The notes beneath the pieces are model-generated. The model saw nothing but the letters and a program-made list of their open reading frames with translations, did not search any database and was not told the origin of the DNA. DNA of 61,507 nucleotides, filler included, from Sphacelaria rigidula (Eukaryota): NCBI GenBank assembly GCA_964200075.2. It is 9 parts of 9 records of this genome, joined end to end, with 100 filler letters (N's around TTAATTAATTAA, not from the genome) between each part and the next. Parts side by side here need not be neighbours in the genome. Positions count along the whole stretch, not along the records: positions 6,847 to 13,592 come from CAXNAA020018283.1; positions 13,693 to 20,438 come from CAXNAA020018284.1; positions 20,539 to 27,283 come from CAXNAA020018285.1; 6 more parts are not named here. The stretch is one strand, 5' to 3'. Both the position numbers and the translations under genes were made by a program. Of the stretch, positions 12,661-26,244 are shown piece by piece. Each line of letters starts with the position of its first letter. The stretch's first letter is position 1.

Positions 12661-13322
12661 AGTGATGCCATGCCCGCGACAGGCTGCATGTCCCCTCTAC
12701 CGGCTTCTGTCAATATTTTGTCAACGCATACGGAGAACCCTCCGGCGAGGGACTGATATTTAGCCCCTGCGCACTCGGCGCTAATCCATCCACCGTGATC
12801 TGTGTTCCTCACCCTTACGTGTCGTGTTCCGTTGTACTACCGTCTGTTCCGTGCGTTTCAGTTCGGCCATGTGCAGTAATGCACCACCATACCACAATTG
12901 TACTGCCTGTCGATCGATGTGGTTCCACACATCACTTTGGAATCATGACAATCGCGGGCAGGTGTCTCTACCAACGAATTGGCTCGACATACGGGTGATG
13001 GTGACATGTATGCAACACGAAACACGAGCGCTCAACGTACTGCCTTGCTCCATACCCTCGCAACAAGCTCCCACACGACGAAATTTCCTTTTCGGCAAAT
13101 GATGGTGTTGTCTAAACACCAAGGTTTGATGTCGTTTGTTATGCGTACGTTCATGCGCCATCTGAAGTTTGCCGCAGAAGACAAGCGCCTCTTCCCGAGT
13201 GATAAATTCCATGTTAGCTCTATTGTGCGTGGTGGGTGGATTCAAGAAGTGGTGGTCTTTGGACCGGCCCATCTATGCACAAATGTCCCGTAGAACTGGT
13301 TCTACTTCGCCAGCAGGTTTAA

Positions 13323-13480
13323 CCCTTCGAGCACCGGACTCCCAGAAACGAGGTGTTGGCACGCACGGCCTTTTTTGTTAACCGGCATAATTTTCACTTG
13401 AATACGACTGAAAATGGCCCCGATTCACGAAAAAGCCCTTGCGTGCAGACACCATGTTTCTGGGAGTCCGGTCCCAAAAA
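13323..13480. mobile_element. piggyBac-like MITE remnant
   Basis: TTAA then CCCTT; inverted pair accggactcccagaaac / gtttctgggagtccggt; right end ggtcccaaaa matches the terminus at 36566. Confidence 0.6.
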
Positions 13481-13540
13481 CTTCGGGTGGCACCAAGTTC
13501 CTCAGGTTCCGTGGGTTATTTTGTTCAAAATGCTACAATA

Positions 13541-13592
13541 GGGGAGGGAGGGGCGTACCCATTTGTTGCTTGCCTTAGTCGTCTGACCATTG
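13541..13592 (-). mobile_element. RTE-like LINE 3' tail fragment ending in a C-run
   Basis: ggggcgtacccatttgttgcttgccttagtcgtctgaccattg; cut by contig end. Confidence 0.85.
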
Positions 13593-13692
13593 NNNNNNNN
13601 NNNNNNNNNNNNNNNNNNNNNNNNNNNNNNNNNNNNTTAATTAATTAANNNNNNNNNNNNNNNNNNNNNNNNNNNNNNNNNNNNNNNNNNNN
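13593..13692. other. Artificial contig linker
   Basis: Same 100-nt N/TTAATTAATTAA/N spacer. Confidence 0.99.
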
Positions 13693-13700
13693 AAAAAAGA

Positions 13701-13747
13701 GGGGGGGGGGGGGGGGGCGGTGGGGCTGCGGGGAGGGGGGGGGGGGT

Positions 13748-13787
<40 letters not shown>

Positions 13788-13853
13788 CGTACTCATTTGT
13801 TACTTGCCTTAGTCGTGTGACCATTGACCACGCATCCCTTTCGAGACGGAGCA
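13701..13853 (-). mobile_element. RTE-like LINE 3' tail fragment with a very long poly(C)
   Basis: ~85-nt G-rich run then cgtactcatttgttacttgccttagtcgtgtgaccattgaccacgcatccctttcgagacggagca. Confidence 0.9.
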
Positions 13854-15203
13854 ACCCCCTTGCCAAAGGGGGGGGCATCAAAAAGCGGCTCAATGGCTCC
13901 TCTTCCACTACCGGACAGACTGCCGTGGAGCAAGCATCACCTCGAGAAGATGTTGAAGAGCTGGCACGAGACGTGACTCGATTATGCTGCGGACGTCTGT
14001 GCGTTTCACTTCGGCTGATCGTTGTAGGTGTGACGTGTTCTTGCTGTGCCTGTTGGACGTTGTCAGGCCTGTTCGGGACTGCATTCCTTGCCAAAGGACA
14101 CACTGCATCCATCTCCCAGAAGTGCGAATGCGTTATTTTTTTTCTCGTCAAGGATAATAATCCTACGGTAGGGGTGCACTTTTTGCGCAAAATGTTGTCT
14201 GGTTCAGGGGCTCGTAACGATCCTAGAAGCACGAGAATATGGGTCAGGGCATCCCCGTTTGGAAATCCATTCTTGATATCCGTAGCACATTGGAAATAGT
14301 AATCATGACGTACTCACATATTTCATAAGTGGTGTTTTGGATGAGATAAAGGGCTCGTAACCCCCCTCCCCCCCCCTTCCCCGAAATCCCCGGAGCAGAT
14401 TTCCCTACCAGGTGAGGCAATACATCAACTGAAGACTGACTACAGCGTGAAACATCACGCTTATCACCCAACACTGTGTCATTAGCAAATGCCTTCCGCA
14501 ATACCGATCCAACAATCGCACACGAGTACATGATATCATACTGACCACCATGGACAGCCGAAGAGGGTGACATAGCTAGATTTGCGCTTAGGGCCATAGC
14601 GGTGGCGCCAAGGGCGAAAATGTACCTCAACAAATTAGGGCGCGCCCTTCAAATTGTTTCGAGATCGAATACACGAAATTCCAAGTCCAACTTGATCAAA
14701 TCTCCACAGGCTTCGAGTAGTAGTTACCTAATATCAGCTCAGAAATTTGACGGAAAAAAAAATGAAAACGGTTACAACGTGATCATATTGTCTCTCCCTT
14801 GTCCAAAAAAATGAATTCAATCCCATCCAATCATCCATCCAATCATCCATCCATCCATCCTCAAACAATCTTCAATTAATTGATTCATTTTACAATATTA
14901 CAATACAGGCTGGGCCGCCTAAGAAGCGGACTTTCCTTCAGCCGGGTCTAACTGACGATCTATCGCGAGTTGTGCCTACTATGACACATCGTGGTAATCT
15001 GCGTATCAACGCACGTGTTTCACTTCACGTAGCACTGTGATCTGACAAGTTCTCATCAAACGAAATACCAAACTGTAGTCAGCTGCGAAGTGTAGAGAGT
15101 TGAAGGTGGCATGTGCGGCGGAATTAGGGGAAAAAACGGCTGAAATCGCATTTACGGTTACAGTCGGTTGGGCCGCGGTCGCAAAGTGATGGTGGTGCAA
15201 TAA

Positions 15204-15515
15204 GCCGGTCGCCCCGGTGGCTCAGTTGGTAACCTCGAAACTTTCTGACGGTTGGGTCGTGGGTTCAATTCTCATAGCGATCTGGGATTTTTTCTCATGC
15301 CCAACAGTGGAGAGCGACTATGTCGTGCACAAAATCCGATTTGACGGTCGACGAGGGAAAGGGATTTCTGAACCACTCTCGCGAAAAAAAATAAAGGCAA
15401 GCACCGCAGAAGGATGGCGGGATAGTAAAAAAAAAATACTCCTGTGTTGACCTTCCTCTCGTGTGACCCCGACTGGTGCGCTCACATATACCGAAAGGTG
15501 TAGACCGGCGCCCAG
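15204..15515 (+). mobile_element. tRNA-derived SINE (family B)
   Basis: Pol III A box TGGCTCAGTTGG and B box GGTTCAATTC; head repeated at 54461, body repeated at 27915. Confidence 0.8.
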
Positions 15516-16046
15516 AATACATGGGACGACAACACTAGTTGTGGTTGTGCGACAATTCATGTCGTACTGTACGCGCACAGGGTCCGAGGTGGCACACAGA
15601 CGAGACCTCCAGTGCCCCAAGGCGTCGGGCTTGAAAAAAGCGTCAAAGTTTTCCGGCTGAGGTTGAAGTCTAAAAGCAAGTGAACCGCTTCTCGACAGAA
15701 AAACGCCTTTTCACTGCTCAATTTCAAGTCGTTTTCCATGAAATTTTGACACGATATATATTAGGTATATGTTGAGCCCCCACCGGTTCCCCCTCTTTTA
15801 TTTCTTCTTCACCTCGTGAATTGTTGATCTAAATTTCGGAACAGTTTTCCTGGTACAAAAGCATCGACATCCCATTGAAAATAAAATAAGAATGTCAAGA
15901 GAGAACAATAGGGACTTTACACTATACCCCATGCACATCGTGTCGGAATTTCGTGAAAAAAAACTCGAGATCAAACAGCATAACCGCGTTTCATATTTTC
16001 GCGGCTGGTCCATCTCCACACAGAAACCAGTCTCAAACACGAACAC

Positions 16047-16332
16047 GCGATTTAGCAGCTTAATTTCCGGTCGTTTTCTATGAAATTTTTGACAAGATGC
16101 ACAGGATGTATGTGCGAAGACGCCGCCATTTGCCCCGTACATTTGTTACTTCTTCTCCGTGAGTTATCGGTTACCAAACATTTGAGAACATTCTTTCGGA
16201 ACAAAATCGTGAGTAATTCCGAAAAGAGAAGGAAAAAATGTAGGGTCCGAAAATGGAGTCTTCGTAGATACGTCCTGAACATTGTGTCAAGATAACATAG
16301 AAAACGACCCAAAATTGAGCTGCTAAATTGCG
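16047..16332. mobile_element. Foldback/MITE-like imperfect inverted repeat
   Basis: gcgatttagcagcttaatttccggtcgttttctatg...gcgaagac (16047-16121) inverted at 16257-16332; related segment at ~15715-15760. Confidence 0.7.
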
Positions 16333-17789
16333 CACATCCCTGTCCGCGTCTTGGGCGGCCCAGCCTGTATTTGTCACAATCTCATTTCCATTTTTATTTC
16401 TTGTCTCGGATGAGGTGGGACCTTGTTGTTGTTCTTGCTGCTGTTGCTGCTGCTGTTGATTGTGTTCAGCCATGTTCCTCATTTCAACCTTGATATTGTC
16501 TTCCCTGTCTTCCCTTTATCCCCCCCCCAAAATGAAGTCCAAACATTTATATTTTCATTATAATTCTATATATTCTTAATTATATCACAACCCTTGGTAT
16601 TTCGGTGATGTGGCGTTTTGGCGTCGTCCAATGCCCCTGACGAGAGGCAAAAAGGACCCGAAAAGCCTCCCCACGGTTTTCCTTACATAGGTTGTAGAAA
16701 AGCTCAGATCGCTCTCAAATTTGGCAAATCCGTAGCCTTTGATGCTGGAAATGGAAAATTGTATTTTGATTATATTTCAAAGTTTCTCCGTTCTTCACCA
16801 GCTTGCCGGGGGTCTCAGTGTAAAGACCCTCGGAAGGCGGTACGGAATACCTCGGGAGAAAAAAACGATGTGTCCCGGGGTAGTCCAAGAAGTGTATGTA
16901 CAAAGTTGAGGTGCGAAACTCGAACACCGCAAACAGTTTTTCTCGCCTTAACCCTCAGAAGGCGAGCGTCGTCTCGGAACAGTTTCACAAGCTGACATTC
17001 CGGAGATATTCGGGGGTTTCCAGTGGCCATAGAGGAGGCGGTGTCTGTCCACGGAGCAGCCAAAAAGCTCACCACGTCGATCATGTGTGTCTGGAAGTTT
17101 CCCTCGGAAGATTTCAAGCCAGGAATGAGGCCTGAGAGACGCGGAATGACCATTGTGACCAGTCACGGCCGCCAAAATGAGCACGTACTTCCCCTGCAGG
17201 TGACCTACTCCGTTATCTACCGGCACATCTCATTTTGGTCATGGCAATTCAACCATAGAGTACATGAGCACGACTAACGTGTTTCGAACTCTGTTCGAGA
17301 TCTGTGCCGCCTGTTCGACGCCTCGTGTATTGCCAGCACACCGTCACACTGCCTGTAGTGTTGTTGTGGAACACTAAGCAGAGGCATCGGCAGCATGCAG
17401 TAGAGTATGTTCGGTAGAGAGCGATGACATGCTGATTGTTTCTTGCCGTTGCATCCAGCGGAGACATACGGCACACATCATACTATACTGACTCTGCATG
17501 CTGTAGACTGCAGTCAAATCCGGTCGGGGGTTTTCCGGAACTACCCTCTATGTAGATGCCCAGCATCCATATGACGAAAAAAAGCGTTTTGTGTTGCGAG
17601 ATAAGAGCTGTTTTTCACCTCAAATGTGACATAGTTCATCTCAGTCAACCCGCGGGAGGGGTCGCTGTCTAAAGATAATGTTAGGCATACCCCAAAATAC
17701 TGTGACCAACTAGTCAGGAATTTGCACGTTTAACGTTCAAGCTCACTTCATCACACAAGAGCGCATAGCTTCGCATCGATATTTGGCGT

Positions 17790-18130
17790 GAGGCCGTGTC
17801 TTCCGGTTCGTATTTTGTTTGGCTCGTATTTTCCACCTTTAGGACATTTGACAAGGTTATTGACCCTCAACCAGGGAAAATCGCCACCACACGTCTTGGA
17901 CACTGTGTATCACCCCACCGGAAGGAGCCTAGCCCACTTTTCCGATTCGCTTGGGTCAGAGATTCCTGAAAATACCTATAGACTGTGCAATATATGTTTT
18001 CCCGTATTCTTGTCCAGAGGCCGCTCTCAAAATCTCTGACCCAAGCGAATAAAAAAAGTGGGCTAGGCTCCTCTCGGTGGGGTGATACAAAGTGTTCAAG
18101 AACAAAATACGAATCGGAAGAAACGGCCTT
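17790..18130. mobile_element. Foldback element (family F1)
   Basis: Nested inverted arms aggccgtgtcttccggttcgtattttgtt / aacaaaatacgaatcggaagaaacggcct and 17894-17965 / 18030-18101; core homologous to 50915-51207. Confidence 0.8.
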
Positions 18131-20438
18131 AGACTTTGAAACCCTGCACACGCGTACTATGGGTCATAACGAAACTTTCGATGAACGAGGTTTCTTTACA
18201 TGTTGAGTTTGTCACCGTTTTTCGGGAGTCCGACGGGGTCGAAGTCTGCCAGAGAACCCTGGGACCCCCGAGAAACAGTGAAGGTCAAAAAACACATTCT
18301 TCAAAACTGCGTGATGACCCATGGGACATTTGTGCAAAATTATACGGTACAACTCCTGAAAACGGCAAGTTTGCACATGAGTGGTTTAAGGGTGATGAGC
18401 GTCAACCAGCCTGCACACACTTTCCCGAAAATCTAGCTTCCTATTTTTTCTCATAAGCATTTCTTCCGCTCCGAGAAGTTGGAAAAATCTGAAAAATAAT
18501 GCTCTGCCTACAAGACACGACCTTCGCGCGTGATGCATGCTCTGCCTACAAACCAAAAAAAACACGAGGCATGCCCACACATTTCGGTTAGGTGGTCCCG
18601 TCGAAGGAAAAACACAGGTCGCACTCGACAAGCGTACACTAGGTCGAAGATAGAATCCCGGTAAGTGGTGTGAGGTTGTGGAGTCGTCATCGAAATGAGG
18701 GCGGTGCGTTTCCTCCCGTCTGTGCGAATGTTGACACATGAGGTACGAATTTCGGCCACGAACAGGTACGATTTCCGGCACAAATATTACCGCGGGAGGC
18801 CGACGCAGGACGTTAAGATGCAGAAGAAAATGAGCCTGAAACAGGTGTGACATTTTCTAAGGAGCTGATTAGGACCATTCCGCAGAATTTTGAATATTGG
18901 GTGGAACAGTCGCAGGTGAGCATGTCCCTTTGGGAGGGGTCGGACTGTGGTTTGCCCTCACCAAAACATGATAGTGCACCAAAGATACACGGGTACAGAG
19001 CAGCGATCGGCACACGTACAGGGCAGTAATCGGCCTGCGCGTGTCTAAGTACTGTACAGAATGAATTCAGTGCCCTCAACGTACTGCAATGCTGGGCCAA
19101 CTGTGTACAAAAATGTCTGTGTGTGTTGGACGACAGAGCTGCGTGTAACGACACTAGACCTCGATTCGCGAGAGAATGCGGCCGTCCTTGTTTTGCCATT
19201 GGGATCACCTCGTCAAACTATTTCGATTACTGGGCACCTCTCGGAAGTACCGCGCCTCTTTCTCATGAGCATTGGGACAGGCACTTGTATACAACATGTC
19301 TTGTGGCTTGGGGGTGTTATCTTCCGTCGCGTACAGCGCAAATATTCCACCCGTTGCACTCGATTGTAAGCACACGCAGGCACGAATTGTTGCACGTGAT
19401 AACAGACCACGCATTCGTGTTTAGCGCACCATGATGCACCCACACAGCGAAACAGTACCGTGCAGTGCAGTACAGTACTATACAGGGCGCGTTGTCCGCG
19501 CGGGCGTCATCTATGCTACATCATCAACGGATTGGGGCTGTCAACGGAGGTGATGACCAGGTCTGTAATTACTCGCGAAGCAGGTTGGGGGGCGGACGCA
19601 ACGCCCAGGTAACCGAGTGCTGCGTCGTCCGTTGTTGAATCATTCAAATGGCCCAGGCTTTTGTCCTTCCTTGCCGTGTACATGACCATGATCGCGCATA
19701 CTTCCTCGTGGTTCGATTGTGTAGCGACCGACGGTATGTTACGGCGGCTCCTGCCGCTCCTCTTGCGATTTAGCGCCAGGCCGGAACACGGTTCACGTCA
19801 GTACCGTACCGTATCAAAGTACAGCCCGTCACCGCCCGCGGAATAACGGGATCTAGGCAAAAACCTCGACAAATTCCGATCCATAGCTGGTACTGCACAC
19901 ATTACTTACTTCATTGTATGCATCGCTTTGTGCTATTCACCCTCACCCTTCTTAGTTGTTGTGAAGAAACGGGAGTCGCTTCCTCCCGGTGCCCTCACAG
20001 CCCTGCCCGCCATGGCTACGGTCTAACCAGCAAGTGTTGTGAAATTTGTTCACGTTATCCTTCTGGCTTTGCAGCGATGCGTCTGGAAGAGGCCACACGT
20101 GCTGTAGACCCTGTTGGACCGCGACTTTACAGTCGGCAAAAAAAATGCTGGATCAGTATGATGTACTGTGCTGTACACGCTCTTCACGGCTCGCCAGCTC
20201 TGCTTTCCCTCCTCCTTCGCTTTGTGCGCAGACGGAATATGGCTGGTGAGCCAAGTATCCACGCGTTACCTTATGTCATAATTCGTGGATTATGATCCGC
20301 TGGACATTTTTGGGTTTTTTTGTTTCTGGGCTGAACCCCTAACATGGTGGCCATACTACTTTCCTTGTGTCACCTGTCTTCTCCTGGTTCTTGTCCTTTA
20401 TCATCTTCTCTCCTCCTTTCTTTCGGTGTACACTTCTG

Positions 20439-20538
20439 NNNNNNNNNNNNNNNNNNNNNNNNNNNNNNNNNNNNNNNNNNNNTTAATTAATTAANNNNNN
20501 NNNNNNNNNNNNNNNNNNNNNNNNNNNNNNNNNNNNNN
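20439..20538. other. Artificial contig linker
   Basis: Same 100-nt spacer. Confidence 0.99.
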
Positions 20539-20626
20539 CGTGCCGGCTTGGGAGGGATTCCAGGTCAATGGTCATCATTTGACTTTGCCATGAAAGATCA
20601 TGAGCATCCCCCCCCCCCCCCTCCCC
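20539..20626 (+). mobile_element. Family A 3' end with poly(C)
   Basis: ggtcaatggtcatc...aagatcatgagcatccccccccccccc. Confidence 0.75.
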
Positions 20627-21321
20627 GCGCACTCTTTCAACCCTCGTTGGCCGAGGGCCGAACACGTGGAAAATCGATTGCATATTCATGCTCAGAAACT
20701 TGAACGTAGGACATAAATTTTGCACCGTAGGGTACCAATTTGAACCGTACCCAAAGCTGTGGCATCTCGAGACAGCAGACCACTTTTTCGTGGGAGAAAT
20801 GGTGAGTTGTGTCGAAACTAGACGTGTCTACCGTGGGATATTTTCTCTGTTTTTTAACAAACCCAGATCCGGGAACGAAAGCAGTAGTAGGCGGCAGTTG
20901 TGCTCAACACGCATGCCCATTGATGGGGACATGGTGCTGTGTCGAATTGACTGTACGGCGCGCGGGTTCATTGGCGCACGCTCTTCACTCATTAAATCAT
21001 TTTCCTGTGGCACCAACCCTTGGCCCTCAGATCCTAGATGAGCTGATGCAAAAAAGGAAGGGATGAGGGTGACCCTCGATTAGTCTGAGCGAGGGAGTGG
21101 GGACATACTTTTCTGGGGCATAATGTGGCATGCAGTTTGTCGGAGAATCTATCAATACGCTCCACAGTGCGGTGTGCACCCATGAGCTCAAGACAGGTGA
21201 CTTGATGGTGCTGACTACAACCTAGCTTCCGAGTACCATCTTCGAGGTGACTTCACCACTTGGTAGTTGACATATATTTCTCGGAAATTTATGGTTTGTG
21301 CAGGTGCTGATGCATTTTGAA

Positions 21322-21373
21322 TAACCCTAGCCCCAACCCTAACCCTAACCCTAACCCTTACCCTAACCCCAAC
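21322..21373. repeat. Interstitial telomere-like (CCCTAA)n array
   Basis: aaccctagccccaaccctaaccctaaccctaacccttaccctaaccccaac. Confidence 0.85.
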
Positions 21374-21803
21374 GAAGAAATACCGAGAACCCTCCGGCAA
21401 AGGGGGTGCAACTTGTTTCCTAGGGGAAGTGTGCGTTGCCAGACCTCTAATCGGCGCCCCAGGCGCCGATTCAGACGAAAATGTGTTTTGCGCACGCTGG
21501 GAGCACGCCAGGAGCACAGCCCCCTTCGAAGATCCGGATTTCGGTGTCTTTACTAAACCTAATACTGCATTTGTCCACAAGCCGTAAATTTCCGAGAACT
21601 ATGTTGAACTAACAAGTGGTGAAGCCTACTGCCATCTTCCAATCGACCGGTTTTCCAAATATTCGTTGACCTATGGAGGCTTGGTGACATATGTGGTCGT
21701 GCCCGCGTCCTTCGGTGAGGTTCTTTTTTGTGTAGTACCGTGCGTGTCATGAAACAGGGTTATTTGAACATAATGATGTGTTGTGGTCACGTTGCCTTGT
21801 CAG

Positions 21804-21984
21804 ATCGGCGGGTCTGAGCATCACGGGGAGCCGCGGCCGTCCAGAACCTCCGGAACCGGCGGCCGCTAGGCTTGCTGCAATGGCGTCTCGCCTACCGGGG
21901 GTGCATGGGAGCAGGCAGTCCGAGGGAAGCGGGACCGGCGCGGCTGGTGCGGTTGTTGCGCTCGTCGATCCGGAAAGCGTCGAG
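21804..21984 (+). CDS. Possible exon of an unidentified gene or pseudogene
   Basis: GC-rich open frame bounded by tgtcag| and GAG|GTATGC; a second candidate exon at 22441-22615 needs a frameshift. Confidence 0.3.
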
Positions 21985-24900
21985 GTATGCGTTCGGTGTA
22001 CTGCAATGCTTGATTCTTCCAGTGGCCATCAGGAGTACTCAATTTTGTTTTGGCAATCTGCACAACATATATACACACATACGTGAATATTACACTTTTT
22101 CGTTCGCACGAATTCTCACTTCGGTGTTGAAGTGCGCGAGGTGTCACCGTGCGTATGAAGCGGCATTATAGAATGATGACCCGAGCAAATACATTTGAGA
22201 CGCAATTCGCCCTACGGTACGCTGCCTGTTCTTTCGACCAAATGCGCATCACAGAGAGACATGGTCAATTGCATATTCCGCTTCCAGTTTCAGCGCACAT
22301 CGGAGACATGGTCAATATGCACGTTATCGTATCTATTCCGCGTGCCATGCCGCTGCTCGTGTCCGCTCTCGCATTCGTCATCACTACTCCTCGATGTCCG
22401 GTGTTTCTCCCCGTTTTTTATTGCCTGTTGCGTCTCGCAGGGTGTTTTGAGAGCAATTTCTGCCCGAGGCATGGTTGCCACGGGAGTCGCGTGGGGAGGC
22501 TTTGCGGCGCGACCTGGTGGAGGAAGTGGCATCGTTCGAAATGTATAGGGGGGCGGTCGTTGTTGCGGCACACGTTCACACCCTGGACAATGACTGTACC
22601 GGATTGAGTATAAAGGTATATTGCAACTGTTGTCGAATCGACAATAGTTGCAATATGCCTATACTTGACCCAATACAGTTTTGGTCTATTGCATCTATTG
22701 ACCATGTATTGTCCAGGGTGTGCACACGTTATAGTTTTCACTTTTTTTTTTTTACCAGCGCATTCGGCGCAATTGCGCGGCTAGGAAAGCTAACTACATG
22801 TGACGGTGTCTAGGGTACCGTATTACCCTTCCTCCGTGATTGGCGTTGTGAGGATACAGCGTCGCGCATGGCGAGATGTCTCCTGAGTTGTTTTGGCGGG
22901 AAGGATGGACGCATCTCCTGTGCAGTATAGATTTTCGACACGCGAGCCGTATATATATATGTTATATATATATACACTTCTATATATGTGTCTGACGCAC
23001 GCACAGGTTTCTTGTGACGGAGGGGGGCGCTTCTAGTTGAATGTTATCTTGACGGTAAATTTTTGGCATTAGAAGGTTGTGGTGACGTGGTGCGGTTTCA
23101 TGGGTCGCTGATTTTTCGTTCCAAGCACGGGAACGTGAGTTTTGGCATTCTTTTATCTAAATTTTGTATGGAAATTCGAACTGTAAAATTCTTTCGGGTT
23201 GCGCTCCGGGCGTTCCTCAAGGGTTGAAGGGCGAGGGAGGATATAATATTTTCGTCCGCCCTCCTCTTCTTATGTGTTCGCAGAATCTTTGAAATCGTTG
23301 GAAAGTCCTGTGCTCACTATCTGTTGCGGTGTTTTCCAGAGTGAAACGCGGCATCGTGCTAGAACGTGCGGGGCATGTTCCTTCAGAAACCACATGATAT
23401 CCAAAACCGTAGCTCCCAGATTTGTCGTAATTTTGAGCGTTTGTCTTATGCTTTTCGAATTTCTGATCTTGCGGTTGCGATGCTGTGCAAGGACTACTGA
23501 TGGCATATATTTGTTCCTCAGTACGGGGCCCGTATGGCTCATGATTGCATCCGAGGCGCCTCTGTCTGTCTCCCCCGTCCCTCCAAGTCCGATTAGTTAA
23601 CTTACTTGGCGAAGCGGTACGATGATGAGTGCTCCGTAGAACCACCAGTATTCGGTGTGCCCGCGCCACCGCCTAACCGGCTTGCTGTTTTTCGGAACGT
23701 GGGAGTATCATTTTACCCGGGGAACGGAAACGTCCAAATATAGTCTCCCCGAGGGATGGCGTGGACGTTTGCTCGGAGTTTTCACCCCATCGTATCAATG
23801 GAGAGTTACTACACGTGCATCGGAGTGGTGTAGAATAATGGCGCTCTTGTATTTTGGAGGATTTGTAAAGAAGCTAGCACAACGAATGGGAGTCTTCGGA
23901 GATTGCTGAAAAACGGCGAGTTGGCTCGCGTAAGTCACAAGCCTACTCCTTGGTACCATACGTCCGCGGGTGTTTTTGGTGATGCGCTACTGCATGATGA
24001 ATTGCGAAGATTTGTTGACGAACGGAAATCAGACAGTCCGGGTAGAAAAAAACAGACTTGATATGATGACTGCATCCAGAGGTTGAGAAGCGATGTTTTT
24101 TTTTTCCCGTATTGTTTTACTAGGTATTCGACTGTCGAGTTGCTGGTGGTGGAGGGTGTACGATTGAAAGATCGCGTGTTTTTCTTTTCTGTTTCTTTTT
24201 TTCTTAGTTTCATTGGTGTTTTTTTTTGCCAGCAGCACCGACTAACTGCGGAAATCAGAAAGGAAATTATGTGACCACACCTGGATGTGGAGCGGATCCG
24301 TTGATGTGCGACGATCAATAAATAGTCGGCGCTGCCGTGTCCAGCAGGAGTATTCAAACAACTGAGCCCTTGCGTTCGTGTCAGCATTGTCTTTGCTGAG
24401 CGGGCAAGGAGTTTTGGCGTTTGTGGAACACCGTATTAGGACTCAAAGTGCGTAGTTTCTCCTCGGTTCTTGTGAGGGTTAAGTTCACGGTAGGCGCGTA
24501 CGTACGGTCACGAGTTGGGCGTGTGTCTTCTGATGAACTGCGTCTGCACCGCCATATTTGAACGGTTCATTTTTTTGTGACACCAAATGGCGAAATCTTA
24601 CCGTCTTCTCGAGTAATTTTTCGAGAATATTCTGCGCTGTCGGTCGTAATTGTGATGGTTGGGGTGGGGAAAGAGGGAAAGGGTGGACGGAAGGAAGCGG
24701 ACGAGAGAGGGGAGTAATCGTCTTCTCGCTCACTGCGTTAAGGTGTAACTATTAATCATGGTCCTTGCCGGTTCGTGTAGTGTACAGTATCTGCATGTGA
24801 GCACAACATACATGCCTCTGGTGTTGTCGTCGTGTTGGTATTGGACGTTTTGGTTAGTGAGACAAGTTCAGATGGGCGGCATTCGATTTACTAGTACAAT

Positions 24901-26244
24901 ATTTGTTGACACATTTTGGTATTCCCAGTCATGTATTATACGTACTTCAGCCTCGAGAGCGTCAACCGCAACAAAATTGGGGACTATTTCTCGCTCATAT
25001 TTTCGAAGGTCGGGTAACACCGTTTTCGTGAAATTGAGAGTAGAGGGTTGATTGATAGTGTTGATTGTCATTCGCTTCAACGTGACCAATTTTACATCCT
25101 GCGTGTGTGCGTGTGTTTTCTTTGCCTGCAATACTGGCGTGTGCTTACAGCTACACGTCGATATCCTATGCAGGGATATCAAGGGCTTGAGTGGCAAGCT
25201 ACTACAGAAAGCGCATCGGGCCTCGTGGAGGGGCATTTCGGAACTGAAACGATTCATATTAATTGACCACTTCTCACTCTCAATCGTATCCTCTACTCTC
25301 AGTCTCACGAAAACACTGCTGGGTGTGGATGGGTCCTATGCAACGTGTCTTGTGGAGATACATATACGTCGCTTGCAGGGTACACCACAGCTGAGTGCGT
25401 GCGCCATCTTTCACGTCGCCTACAGACATCGTCCCATGGTCAACTCGCTTGCACCTGACCGGGCGACTACGCTTCACACCACGTGCGAGAGCAACTCATG
25501 CATCAAGGCGTGGTTGCGTTTGACGTCATTCCTAACATAACCAACCAGTCACTTCGCCCGTTTTCGACCGGTGGGTCCTGCACGTCGGTTCTCACCCAGA
25601 TCAACTCTGATGCGACCAGAGTTGCGTCGGGGGATATACACCGTGTTGCAGCAGCAGCAGCTACTCGACGGCTTGACTCATCCTCCTGTTGTTTACCTTG
25701 ACCCCACGACGAATCTCGAACGAGTTTTCAAAGCGACATAAGGTTTGAAGGTTTGGCGCTACTACTGTGATCATTTGACCGCGTGCGTATTTATGAAGCC
25801 TTTTCAACCCCACCAACTCCCGCCGCCGACTGACGCCGCCCCTATGCGCTTGTTGGACTGTTAAGCACTCACCTAAAGCGAACCATCGCGCCCTCCGGGG
25901 TTCTTCACAGGAAAAACGCCTCACGGGGTAAACGACTGGACCTGACGGAATTTCCCGTTCCATCCTTATTCAGGGGGCACTTTCTGTCCTGTCTCGCGAG
26001 TTTCGAGGGACGGGTGAAGTTCCCGTCCCATCCCGTTTCGATCCTTTCGTGCGGTTTTCTTGTTTCCCCTCACGTCCTCATGGGGCATGTGTGGCTTTTT
26101 GCCGTCATGTTTCACGGAACATGCCGTTCCGTTCCCAAGGAACTTCCCGTCAGTGGCGGGGGTACTCCGTACAATCTCAATGAAAGCTTTTGCCAGATAG
26201 ATGTGAGTCATGCATCGTCCCCACAAAACACGCGCACACACATG

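Noticed and set aside
15204..15290. tRNA genes at 15204, 51772 and 54461
   Set aside because: A and B boxes are present but there is no intact cloverleaf, and each continues into a repeated body, so they are SINE heads.
16612..16670. Hammerhead ribozyme (CTGACGA...GAAA)
   Set aside because: Core words are present but stems I and II do not pair convincingly.
21322..21373. True chromosome end
   Set aside because: Short, degenerate and internal to a contig.
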